This document shows, piece after piece, positions 7,525 to 15,095 of a stretch of DNA of 24,000 bases. Within the stretch, counting starts at the first letter, position 1, and each line of letters begins with the position of its first letter. The DNA is taken from the NCBI RefSeq assembly GCF_034676725.1, contig NZ_JAUCBR010000005.1:20682-44681 (forward strand). The letters are read 5' to 3'. The translations under genes and the position numbers were made by a program. Below the pieces are notes generated by a model. The model saw nothing but the letters and a program-made list of their open reading frames with translations, was not told the origin of the DNA and did not search any database. The stretch is from Denitromonas sp. (GTDB lineage: Bacteria > Pseudomonadota > Gammaproteobacteria > Burkholderiales > Rhodocyclaceae).

Positions 7525-9054
7525 TTACTCCGTTGCGGGCTCGCGCGAGGGCGCGGCGTTGGGATCGGCCGTCTGCACGAGACCGGCCTTGGTGACCTTG
7601 CGAGGGTCGGCGTCGTAAACGAGCCCGAGCTTGTCCATCTTCGCGTTGAAGTCGGCGGCTTCCTTCAGAAGCTCGTCCGGATCGTAGCCGCGCCGCGCGA
7701 TCTGCTGCGGGATCGTGGCGAAGCCGGAGCGGACCTCAAGCAGGTCGGCCTGCGCATCCTGCAGCGGGTTCACGCTTTCGAAGCGGGTCGGGCCCCACTC
7801 GGCATAGATTTCGACGCCGCGCGGCAGGAGGCCCGCGTCCTGGGCGTACTCGATGAACCAGCCCCAGATGCGCTCGCAGAACATCGGAATGACGGTCTGC
7901 CACTGGATCTGCTCGATCATGCGGCGGAACTCGTTCAGCCCAGCGCGCGTGCTCGAGAAGTTCGCTTGGCTCATGTCGCCAGTCATCAGCGCGTAGGGGA
8001 CGCGGAAGCCCGCCGAGATCAGGTGTTGCTGGCCGCGCAACCACTCGCCAAGACCTCCTGTCGAGGAGGGCTGGTTGAACTTGATGTCCTTGCCGTTGCG
8101 GGCGTAGGCGATCAAGCCGGGCTCGAACTGCTCGATGCGGTGGCCCTCGGCGTCCTCGACCGAAGGCGCGATTCCTTGGTCAGCTTCCTCAGCGCCGAAG
8201 ACGATGCCGACGAGGCAGGCTTCGGTCTTCTTGCGGACCAGCTCGGCGTGCTGCCAGTCGTCCAGATCGCGAATGTGCCGCATGGCGGGCGTGCCCCAAG
8301 GGACGCCACGCGACTGCACGCGCTGGCGCTCGAACAGGTGCGCGACGCGGTCGGCCGGGATCCGGACCGACTCGAAGCGCCGGCCGAACACCGTCACCGT
8401 CCCGCCCGGGTGATCCGGAAACAGCCAGTAAGCGGAACGCCGACCGTTGCGGTCGTACTCGATGCCCTGGTCGATCCGGACGCCATCCGGCCGGTTGTCC
8501 ATGCGCGCCGAGTCCAGATGATCCGCCTCCCGCAGCTCGATCTGCAGCGGCACCACGTTCGGCGCGCGCATCGATGTCGGGCGGGCAAGGGCGAAGACCT
8601 CGCCGCCCTCGATCATCTCGCGGACAGCAAGATTCAGCAGCCCGTGAAAGTCGGTGTGGCCGTGGCGGTCGCAGCTGCGCGACCAGCGCTTCCAGAGGGC
8701 GTCGACGCGTTCGTTGAGCGCGGGATCGTTCGTGGCGGCGCGCGGCCGGATGCCGGTGCCGACGATGTTGTTGACCAGCACTTGCACAGCCTGGGCGGCC
8801 ATGGGGTTGTTGCGGACCAGATCGCGCATCCGGTCGCGCAGGATCGGCCCAGCGCCCGTGATCTCCTTGTCGGCCGAGTTGCCGGTGGCGCGCCAGCCGT
8901 CCGTCCCGCGCCCCTTGGAAGCCGCGTCGTAGCCGCGCTTCCGCTCGATCGCGTCGCGTGCGTAGAGCCGCCGCAGTGCCGCCTCTGGCGAAAACACCGC
9001 GACGGCTCTGTCGATCAGGCCGAAACGCAAGGGAGGAGGAGTGCGCTTGGCCAT
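7525..9054 (-). CDS. phage portal protein (lambda family)
   Basis: 509 aa, positioned after terL and the gpW-like gene. The N-terminus FSPEAALRRLYARDAIERKRGYDAASKGRGTDGWRATGNSADKEI is typical of lambda-type portals. Confidence 0.85.
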   Translation of the reverse strand: MAKRTPPPLRFGLIDRAVAVFSPEAALRRLYARDAIERKRGYDAASKGRGTDGWRATGNSADKEITGAGPILRDRMRDLVRNNPMAAQAVQVLVNNIVGTGIRPRAATNDPALNERVDALWKRWSRSCDRHGHTDFHGLLNLAVREMIEGGEVFALARPTSMRAPNVVPLQIELREADHLDSARMDNRPDGVRIDQGIEYDRNGRRSAYWLFPDHPGGTVTVFGRRFESVRIPADRVAHLFERQRVQSRGVPWGTPAMRHIRDLDDWQHAELVRKKTEACLVGIVFGAEEADQGIAPSVEDAEGHRIEQFEPGLIAYARNGKDIKFNQPSSTGGLGEWLRGQQHLISAGFRVPYALMTGDMSQANFSSTRAGLNEFRRMIEQIQWQTVIPMFCERIWGWFIEYAQDAGLLPRGVEIYAEWGPTRFESVNPLQDAQADLLEVRSGFATIPQQIARRGYDPDELLKEAADFNAKMDKLGLVYDADPRKVTKAGLVQTADPNAAPSREPATE

Positions 9055-9260
9055 CAGGACCTCCGGTAACTGGCGAAGCCAGCGATTGGCAGTTTCTTTC
9101 CGCCCTGCGCGGCGAGATCAGCCTCAATGGTGGCGATGATCTGCCGCATCTCGTTCAGGGAGCGGTACTTGGTGGTTTTCCCGTCGTAGCTGACCTCGGT
9201 CACGCCGGAGGCGTAGGCCCGCTTGATCGCGTCGAGTTGTGCCTGCGTGAATCTGGCCAT
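9054..9260 (-). CDS. gpW-like head-tail joining protein
   Basis: 68 aa from ATG 9260 (MARFTQAQLDAIKRAYASGVTEVSYDGKTTKYRSLNEMRQII). Lies between the large terminase and portal genes as in lambda. Its stop overlaps the portal ATG. Confidence 0.7.
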   Translation of the reverse strand: MARFTQAQLDAIKRAYASGVTEVSYDGKTTKYRSLNEMRQIIATIEADLAAQGGKKLPIAGFASYRRS

Positions 9261-9261
9261 G

Positions 9262-11247
9262 TCAGAACCATTTCCTGCCCCGCGAGCCCATCCAGTCGGA
9301 CGAGCGGCGCGGCGCCTGCTTCGTTGACGGCCGGTTCGGAACGCCCGCGGGTGGCGCGGCGTCCTCACGACCGAGATTGATCTGTTCTTCCAGCTGCTCC
9401 CAGCGGCGCTGGTCCCAGCGATCCAGCCCCATCAGCCAAGCGGCTGCGCGGGCGTAGACGCGGCAGTCGAGGGCCTCGTTGCGGTCCCGCGTCTTCTGCC
9501 ACTCGAGCTTCTGAAAGCCCTGCCTCGTCTTGATGGTCATCAGCTGCTCGGCGGTCAGCTGCTTCATCCACTCGGCGGGCGTCCCCTTCGGGATGTGGAT
9601 GTAGCCGGTCGGCCATTCTCCACCGGCACTGATGTCCTCTTCCGTCGGCGCGTTCAGCCGCAGGAAGCGGTAGGTCTCGCTCTTGAAGACCGCGCCCGCG
9701 ACCTTCCAGAGCTGCACGCCGCGCCGCAGTTTCCGGCCCGCCTCGGTCGTCTCGACGTAGGTCGGCCCATCCACAGGCGTTGACCGGTCGAAGCCCGCGA
9801 CGCCCTTGATCGCGATCACCTGGCCGCGCCCGACCGAGCGCACCCACGAATAGACCGCGTCGGTCGTCACACCGTCGCCGGTGTCGATCGCCATTCGGGC
9901 CAGCGCCATGTTGGCACCGCCCTCGTGCGGCCATGTGGTGTTCAAGAACTCCGTCAGGTCGTGCCAGACTTCCGGCCGCGCCGTGTCGCCCTCGATGACG
10001 ATGTGGTCCACCAGCCAAGAGCGAAGGTTCTTGCCCCAGCCCCAGACGTCGATCTCGATCCGGTCGCGCTGCACGTCCGCGCCACCTGTCAGCACCAGCA
10101 CGCCCTCTGGCGCGTGGCCCAGCTGCCAGTTCTCCCGGCGCTCGTAGAGGCGCTGCCAGTCGGGCGCTTCGCCCTTCTCCTGCCACGTCTCACCGAGGAC
10201 CGTGTTCTTCAGCGTCTTCAGAGCGGCGTCGTTGCCCACCGCCTGCTCCCAGCCGCGGGCGATTTCCTCCCAAGAGAGCCACCCGAGCGGCGAATAGAGG
10301 CCGCTGATGTGGAAGCCCACCACGCCAGCCGCCTGCGCGTTGGCGAGCGTCTCCGGGTCCGCCGTTGGCATCCAGCATGCGCCGTTCGCCTCGTCCATCA
10401 TCGCGGTCTTGTGCCGCTCGGCGATGGGCTCGTCGCAGTGCTCGCAGATGTAGCGCGCCGTCTCCGGGCGCCCTTTCTCCCAGCGAAGGCGCTCGAACTG
10501 CAGCCATTGCAGGCCACCACAGTGCGGGCAGGGCACGTGGTAGCGCTGCTGATCGCTCATCTCGTACTCCCGCTCGATCCGCGACAGGCCCTTGATCGTG
10601 GGCGTCGAGGCGAGAAACACCTTGCTCCTATGGCCGAAGCTGATCGTCCGGGCCTCGGCCAGCGCGATCGGGTCGCCTTCGCCGTCGAGGTCGCCCGGGT
10701 AGGCGTCCACCTCGTCCAGGAAGACCCAGCGCGCGGGCATCGAGCGAAGGCCCACCGCGCTGTTCGCGCCGGTCAGGATCAGCTGGCCGCCCGGAAACCG
10801 CTTCCCGAGGATCGTGTTGCCGCTGTCCCGTGACCGCGATGGCATCACCAGCGCCCGCAGCTCTGGGCTTTCCTCGATCAGCGGGTCGATCCGCTGCTGC
10901 GAGAGGCGCTTGGCCAGATCGACCGTCGGCTGCACCGCGAGGAACGGGCCCGGAGCCCGGTGCATCGCGAACCCGATCCAGTTGTTGCCCGCCTCGGTCG
11001 CTCCTACCTGCGCCGCCTTCATGAACACCACCCGCTGCGCCGGGCTCGATGGCGACAGCGCGTCCATGATCGCCCGCATGAACGGCGTCCGCGCGGTCCG
11101 GTAGGGCCCGGCCTCGGACGCTGCCCGCGAGGACAGGATTCGGTGCCGATCCGCCCACTCCGAGACGGTCAGCGCGGGATCCGGAGCGAGCCCTGCCAGC
11201 CATGCGCGGCGGATTTCGTCCGCGCCGTCGAAATCAGCGAAGTTCAA
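9262..11247 (-). CDS. terminase large subunit (GpA-like)
   Basis: 661 aa. Has a Walker-A-like FMKAAQVGATEAGNNWIG and a Cys cluster (HVPCPHCG...YICEHC). Overlaps the small terminase gene by 14 nt. Confidence 0.9.
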   Translation of the reverse strand: MNFADFDGADEIRRAWLAGLAPDPALTVSEWADRHRILSSRAASEAGPYRTARTPFMRAIMDALSPSSPAQRVVFMKAAQVGATEAGNNWIGFAMHRAPGPFLAVQPTVDLAKRLSQQRIDPLIEESPELRALVMPSRSRDSGNTILGKRFPGGQLILTGANSAVGLRSMPARWVFLDEVDAYPGDLDGEGDPIALAEARTISFGHRSKVFLASTPTIKGLSRIEREYEMSDQQRYHVPCPHCGGLQWLQFERLRWEKGRPETARYICEHCDEPIAERHKTAMMDEANGACWMPTADPETLANAQAAGVVGFHISGLYSPLGWLSWEEIARGWEQAVGNDAALKTLKNTVLGETWQEKGEAPDWQRLYERRENWQLGHAPEGVLVLTGGADVQRDRIEIDVWGWGKNLRSWLVDHIVIEGDTARPEVWHDLTEFLNTTWPHEGGANMALARMAIDTGDGVTTDAVYSWVRSVGRGQVIAIKGVAGFDRSTPVDGPTYVETTEAGRKLRRGVQLWKVAGAVFKSETYRFLRLNAPTEEDISAGGEWPTGYIHIPKGTPAEWMKQLTAEQLMTIKTRQGFQKLEWQKTRDRNEALDCRVYARAAAWLMGLDRWDQRRWEQLEEQINLGREDAAPPAGVPNRPSTKQAPRRSSDWMGSRGRKWF

Positions 11248-11836
11248 GCTTCACCTCGGCCATGTCGGCCAGATGCTTCCGCAGGTACTTGTCGAGCACC
11301 TGCTCCATCTTGTGCGGGTCGACGCCCAGCTCAGCCGCCATGTTCGCGGCCACGCGGGGCGGCCAGTTCTGCCAGGCGTCGCGTTCCCGCCGTGCGAGGT
11401 CGAAGACCGCAGCGGTGGTGCGCGCTCGATCGACCAGCTCGCCCTTCATCTTGGCCAGCTTCACCTTGGCGGTCTGCGCCTTGATCACCTCGTTGGCCAT
11501 CCGGGCGCGGAGGAAGGACACCTCGCCGCCCGCTGTCGGGTCCGGTTCTGCGCCCGCCTCGCGCAGGGTCTCGCTTACCGCCTCGATTGCCGAGCGCGGC
11601 ACCGGCTTCGTCGCCGATGCCCGCGCGGTGCCCGCGGCGGTCGCCGCTCCCATCGCTTGGGCGTTCGGCCCGCGCTGCTTCGCCGGGTCCGTCTGGGCGT
11701 CCCATTGGCGATCCGCCTTGACCGGGTCGATCGTGCCGTCAGCCTCGACCGTGATGCGACCGGTCGCGATGGCCTTGCCCACCGCTGTGTGGCTGACACC
11801 GCGGTGCGCGGCGTATTGCCGACGCGACATTCCCAT
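11234..11836 (-). CDS. terminase small subunit (Nu1-like N-terminal HTH)
   Basis: 200 aa. N-terminal HTH MSRRQYAAHRGVSHTAVGKAIATGRI, coiled-coil C-terminal half, directly upstream of terL. GGGGAG Shine-Dalgarno upstream of the ATG. Confidence 0.75.
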   Translation of the reverse strand: MGMSRRQYAAHRGVSHTAVGKAIATGRITVEADGTIDPVKADRQWDAQTDPAKQRGPNAQAMGAATAAGTARASATKPVPRSAIEAVSETLREAGAEPDPTAGGEVSFLRARMANEVIKAQTAKVKLAKMKGELVDRARTTAAVFDLARRERDAWQNWPPRVAANMAAELGVDPHKMEQVLDKYLRKHLADMAEVKLELR

Positions 11837-11994
11837 TCGGCCAGGCTCCCCTTCGACACTCCCCTTCCGGCTGGGGTTTCCGCTTATAAAGCAATGATAT
11901 TGCTGCGATTTCTCTACACTGTAAGCGCCCGTAGAGCGATGGTGATTACACCAAGCGACGCACCCCGCGACGCACCAGCCACGGAGCCAGACCG
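11837..11994. promoter_or_regulatory. A/T-rich divergent intergenic region (candidate promoters and/or packaging site)
   Basis: This spacer separates the minus-strand terS gene from the plus-strand cassette. It contains the inverted repeat AGCAAT-GAT-ATTGCT (11889-11903) and CTCTAC-N13-GTAGAG (11912-11936). It also holds one more copy of the octamer GGAAACCC, seen on the plus strand as GGGTTTCC at 11874-11881. Confidence 0.35.
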
Positions 11995-12219
11995 ATGAAA
12001 GCCCGCACCCGCGACAACACCGCCGCCCTCGACGCCTTCCTCGCGAAGAAAGCCGAAATCGACACCATGCTCGCCCGCCTGCAGGCGCTCAGCGCGGACC
12101 ACTTCGAAGCCAGCCCGGACGAGGTGAACTGGGGCCACGTCGGCACGCTCGGCTTTTATGCCGAGCAGCTGAAGCGCATCACCGACGCCGCCTTCAAGGA
12201 AGGGGAGCACGCCGAATGA
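11995..12219 (+). CDS. small conserved hypothetical protein (partner of DUF3489 gene)
   Basis: 74 aa. GGAG lies 8 nt upstream of the ATG, the stop overlaps the next start (ATGA), and the protein is helical. Confidence 0.6.
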   Translation: MKARTRDNTAALDAFLAKKAEIDTMLARLQALSADHFEASPDEVNWGHVGTLGFYAEQLKRITDAAFKEGEHAE

Positions 12220-12749
12220 CGACGCTTTCCGACACCCAGCTTGTGATCCTGAGCGCCGCCGCGCAGCGCAAGGACCACCTCGCTCTCCCTTTGCCAGCCA
12301 ACCTTCGCGGCGGTGCCGCTTCCAAGGTGGTTGGCGCGATGCTTGCCAAGGGCCTCCTTCAAGAGGTCGACGCCGACTTGCGCAATAGCGAGCCGGTCTG
12401 GCGCGAGACCGGCGACGGTCACGGCACCACGCTGGTGGCCACGGACGCGGGCCTCGCGGCCATAGGCATCGAGCCCAAGGACACCGTGCCCGAAGCGAAG
12501 GCCGCGCCGACAGCGCGCCCACAGCGCGCCTTGCGCACGGACACCAAGCAGGCCGCGCTGATCGCCATGCTGCGCGCGCCGGAGGGCGCCACGCTGGACC
12601 AGATCGTCGCCGCCACCGGCTGGCAAAAACACACCGCTCGCGGCGCCATGTCTGGCGCTCTAAAAAAGCGCCTCGGGCTGACCATCCACGCCGAGTCGGA
12701 GCCCGGTCGCGGGCGGGTTTACCGGATCAGGGACGACGAAGCCTCCTGA
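12216..12749 (+). CDS. DUF3489 domain-containing protein
   Basis: The C-terminal TKQAALIAMLRAPEGATLDQIVAATGWQKHTARGAMSGALKKRLGLTIHAESEPGRGRVYRI matches my memory of the DUF3489 signature. Followed by an intrinsic terminator. Confidence 0.75.
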   Translation: MTTLSDTQLVILSAAAQRKDHLALPLPANLRGGAASKVVGAMLAKGLLQEVDADLRNSEPVWRETGDGHGTTLVATDAGLAAIGIEPKDTVPEAKAAPTARPQRALRTDTKQAALIAMLRAPEGATLDQIVAATGWQKHTARGAMSGALKKRLGLTIHAESEPGRGRVYRIRDDEAS

Positions 12750-13030
12750 GCGCCGCCAGCGCGCCGTGACCTGAAGGAGACCGCGCCCAGCGCGGTCTTT
12801 TCTGTTTCCGCCGCGCCGCGCACACGCACAGCCTCGAAGAAGCGCCGCAGCGCGTAGGACCGGACCACCGAGACCACGGTGAAGACGCCGCCGATGGCCA
12901 AGTGCTCGCCCATCGTGGCGTGGATCCCGAAGAGCGGAAACACCACCGCCTGCGTCAGGACCGCCACGCCGAAGCCCACCGCGACGTTCGTGACCGCCTC
13001 GACGGCCGACATGAGGCGAGACTGCTTCAC
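12719..13030 (-). CDS. small two-TM membrane protein
   Basis: The GTG at 13030 overlaps the ParB-MTase stop (GTGA); an alternative ATG is at 13012. Hydrophobic segments VTNVAVGFGVAVLTQAVVFPLF and LAIGGVFTVVSVVRSYAL. The 3' end runs through the convergent terminator, so the true C-terminus is uncertain. Confidence 0.5.
   Translation of the reverse strand: MKQSRLMSAVEAVTNVAVGFGVAVLTQAVVFPLFGIHATMGEHLAIGGVFTVVSVVRSYALRRFFEAVRVRGAAETEKTALGAVSFRSRRAGGAQEASSSLIR
12778..12806 (+). terminator. rho-independent terminator of the plus-strand cassette
   Basis: Perfect 9-bp stem AGACCGCGC / GCGCGGTCT with loop CCA, followed by TTTCTGTTT. Confidence 0.7.
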
Positions 13031-14271
13031 GCCGCCGCCTTCCGTTCGGCGAGCAGCTCGGCAAACGAGCGCCCGTCGCCCTCGAGGACGGCGGTCTGGC
13101 CGGTCAGGTTCTGCCAGCGCTCCACGATCACGTCGATGTAGGCCGGGTTCAGCTCGATGCCGTAGCAGGAACGTCCGGTCGTCTCGGCCGCGATCAGCGT
13201 GGTGCCCGATCCCATGAAGGGCTCGTAGACCGCTTGGCCCGGGCTCGAGTTGTTGAGGATCGGGCGGCGCATGCACTCCACCGGCTTCTGGGTGCCGTGG
13301 ACCGTCTCGGCGTCTTGGTCCTTGTTCGCGATGTGCCAGAGCGTCGTCTGCTTTCGGTCGCCCGCCCAGTGGCCCTTGCCCTTCTTCCGAACCGCGTACC
13401 AGCATGGCTCGTGCTGCCAGTGGTAGTCGCCGCGGCTGAGGATCAGCCGGTCCTTGGCCCAGATGATCTGCGACCGGATGTTGAAGCCTGTGGCGATCAG
13501 GCTGTCCGCGACTGTGGTGGCGTGCAGCGCCCCGTGCCAGACGTAGGCCACATCGCCCGGGAACAGCGCCCAGGCTTCGCGCCAGTCGGCACGGTCGTCA
13601 TTCAGGGCCTTGCCGGTCCGCTTGGTGCTGGCCGCGCCCGCCTGGTTGCGCCAGCTCGGGTCGTACTCGACGCCGTAGGGCGGGTCGGTCACCATCAGGA
13701 GCGGCTTCACACCGCCCAGCACGCGCTCGACGTCGGTCGCGACCGTGCTGTCGCCGCAGAGCAGTCGGTGGATGCCGAGGATCCACAGATCGCCGATCAC
13801 CGAGACCGGATCGGCCGGAGGCTCGGGCACCTCGTCTTCGCCTTCGACCGCGCCGCCGAGGGCAGGCGCCTCGATCTCGCCGAGCAGGTCTTCCAGTTCC
13901 TCGTCCGAGAAGCCGACAAGGTCGAGGTCGAACTCGATCTCCTGCAGCGCGACCAGCTCGGCCTTCAGCAGTTCCTCGTCCCAGCCCGCGTTCTCGGCGA
14001 TCTTGTTGTCGGCGATCACCAGCGCGCGGCGCTGCGCCTCGGTCAGATGCGCCAGGACGATCACCGGAACTTCGGTCAGCCCGAGGCGCTGCGCGGCCAT
14101 CAGCCGCCCGTGGCCAGCGATGATCACGTCGTCGTCGCCGATCAGGATCGGGTTGGTGAAGCCGAACTCCGCGATCGAGGCAGCAATCTGCGCGACCTGC
14201 TGGTCGGAGTGCGTCCGGGCGTTCCGCGCGTAGGGCACGAGGCGCTCGGTCGGCATCATCTCGATCTGCAA
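13027..14271 (-). CDS. ParB-like nuclease domain / DNA methyltransferase fusion (N6A/N4C, beta class)
   Basis: The N-terminus has a ParB/Srx-type motif (LVPYARNARTHSDQQVAQIAASIAEFGFTNPILI..GHGRLMAA). The MTase motifs are DPPY (TDPPYGV) and FMGSGTT. The likely start is TTG 14271, 7 nt after a GGAG; alternative ATGs are at 14259 and 14256. The upstream part of the track ORF looks non-coding. Confidence 0.85.
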   Translation of the reverse strand: MQIEMMPTERLVPYARNARTHSDQQVAQIAASIAEFGFTNPILIGDDDVIIAGHGRLMAAQRLGLTEVPVIVLAHLTEAQRRALVIADNKIAENAGWDEELLKAELVALQEIEFDLDLVGFSDEELEDLLGEIEAPALGGAVEGEDEVPEPPADPVSVIGDLWILGIHRLLCGDSTVATDVERVLGGVKPLLMVTDPPYGVEYDPSWRNQAGAASTKRTGKALNDDRADWREAWALFPGDVAYVWHGALHATTVADSLIATGFNIRSQIIWAKDRLILSRGDYHWQHEPCWYAVRKKGKGHWAGDRKQTTLWHIANKDQDAETVHGTQKPVECMRRPILNNSSPGQAVYEPFMGSGTTLIAAETTGRSCYGIELNPAYIDVIVERWQNLTGQTAVLEGDGRSFAELLAERKAAA

Positions 14272-14282
14272 GGGCGAACTCC

Positions 14283-14319
14283 AAGAAAAGAGGCCCGATG
14301 CTTGGTGAAGCACCGGGCC
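14283..14319 (-). terminator. rho-independent terminator immediately upstream of the ParB-MTase start
   Basis: Minus-strand 12-bp stem GGCCCGGTGCTT / AAGCATCGGGCC (one G-U pair), loop CACC, followed by UCUUUUCUU. On the plus strand the same position is an A-C mismatch and no T-tract follows, so the orientation is minus. Confidence 0.65.
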
Positions 14320-14371
14320 TTGAGTGGTGGCAGGCTCTACAGGCGGCCGTCCAACAGGAAGATTTTCAAGC

Positions 14372-14424
14372 GGTGGAAACCCGGAAACCCAAAGGTGGAA
14401 ACCCACCCCGGAAACCCAGAAAAA
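14372..14424. repeat. four direct copies of GGAAACCC in two GGTGGAAACCC-(N0/N5)-GGAAACCC-A-rich units
   Basis: Octamers at 14375-14382, 14383-14390, 14397-14404 and 14410-14417, read directly from the sequence. Confidence 0.8.
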
Positions 14425-14479
14425 TCCTTTGTCGCTAGAGACTTACCGCGCTTCCGCCCCCCGCATACGTTCCCTTTCA

Positions 14480-14522
14480 GGGGGGAACCAAGGCCGGGGG
14501 GGGGGCTGGGGCGGGGGAGGGG
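14480..14522. repeat. cluster of G homopolymer runs (G6, G10, G4, G5, G4); C-rich on the transcribed minus-sense RNA
   Basis: G runs at 14480-14485, 14496-14505, 14508-14511, 14513-17 and 14519-22. A C6 run at 14457-14462 could pair with the first G6. Confidence 0.8.
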
Positions 14523-14610
14523 CCCGTGAGAACCACCTGTCGCCAGTCTATCGTGAAGATGCACCAAAAAGCCGCGTTCTGTCGCGCCAGAAGTTCGACG
14601 CCCTGCGCCG

Positions 14611-15081
14611 TCAAAGCAACGTCTCGGAACCGTTCTCGCGCGGGTTCGCGGCGCGTTCATCCGCAGCCTTTTTCGTCGCCGCCGCGCGCCGCGTTGATTT
14701 ATCCTGTTTGTTCAGGTGGTTGGCGATGGTTTGCAGGGACGCCACCCACCGCCGCCACGCGGTCTGCCGAACGCATCCCGCTTGGATGCAAACCTGCCGC
14801 CAGCGCCAGCCCTCGGCGCGCAGCCAGACGATCCGTGCGTCCTCGGGACCGATGAAGCGCAGCCAGTCGATGCACTCGTCCATGCGCTGGATTTCACCCG
14901 CGTTCGGGATCACCCGGATCCGAGCTTCGTGGTAGCCGTAGGCGTGCTTGGCGTCGTGCACGTACTCCGGCCACGAATGGCCGTATCCCTTCGGGCCAGA
15001 GCCGGGCGGGTTGGGCAGGCGACGCAGCGTGATGGCTGCCTCCTCCATGCGGTCCTCGATGATGCGTGGTGTGAATTCCAT
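14611..15081 (-). CDS. DUF6362-like regulatory protein with C-terminal HTH (candidate late-gene regulator)
   Basis: 156 aa from ATG 15081, with GAGGGA upstream. It carries the pattern EDRMEEAAITLRRLP...IQRMDECIDWLRFIGPEDARIVWLRAEGWRWRQVCIQAGCVRQTAWRRWVASLQTIANHL. It is the last gene before the structured intergenic region. Confidence 0.55.
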   Translation of the reverse strand: MEFTPRIIEDRMEEAAITLRRLPNPPGSGPKGYGHSWPEYVHDAKHAYGYHEARIRVIPNAGEIQRMDECIDWLRFIGPEDARIVWLRAEGWRWRQVCIQAGCVRQTAWRRWVASLQTIANHLNKQDKSTRRAAATKKAADERAANPRENGSETLL

Positions 15082-15095
15082 GGCTGATCCCTCGT

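Noticed and set aside
5530-9069. 1179-aa plus-strand ORF, the longest in the track
   Set aside because: It lies exactly antisense to the capsid-fusion and portal genes, which have clear phage identities. The peptide is Arg/Gly/Ala/Val-rich low-complexity sequence with no recognisable domain. Stop-free antisense frames are expected at this G/C content.
8189-9127. 312-aa minus-strand ORF overlapping the portal gene in another frame
   Set aside because: Extremely Arg/Pro/Ala-rich and fully embedded in the portal and gpW-like genes. No independent start signal.
9925-10833. 302-aa plus-strand ORF, together with minus-strand alternative-frame ORFs 9365-10186 and 10628-11203
   Set aside because: All overlap the GpA-type large terminase, which is continuous and recognisable in its own frame. 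The alternative frames are Arg/Pro/Gly-rich.
14372-14525. Possible CRISPR array or tRNA/ncRNA gene in the repeat- and G-rich intergenic region
   Set aside because: The repeats are only 8 nt long and are either abutting or separated by 5-6 nt, so there is no repeat-spacer architecture. I could fold no cloverleaf or conserved tRNA boxes. The region is better explained as a protein-binding/regulatory or packaging region.
13234-14529. 431-aa plus-strand ORF
   Set aside because: Antisense to the ParB-MTase fusion, which carries unambiguous DPPY and FMGSGT motifs. Its 3' end merely runs through the G-rich intergenic tract.
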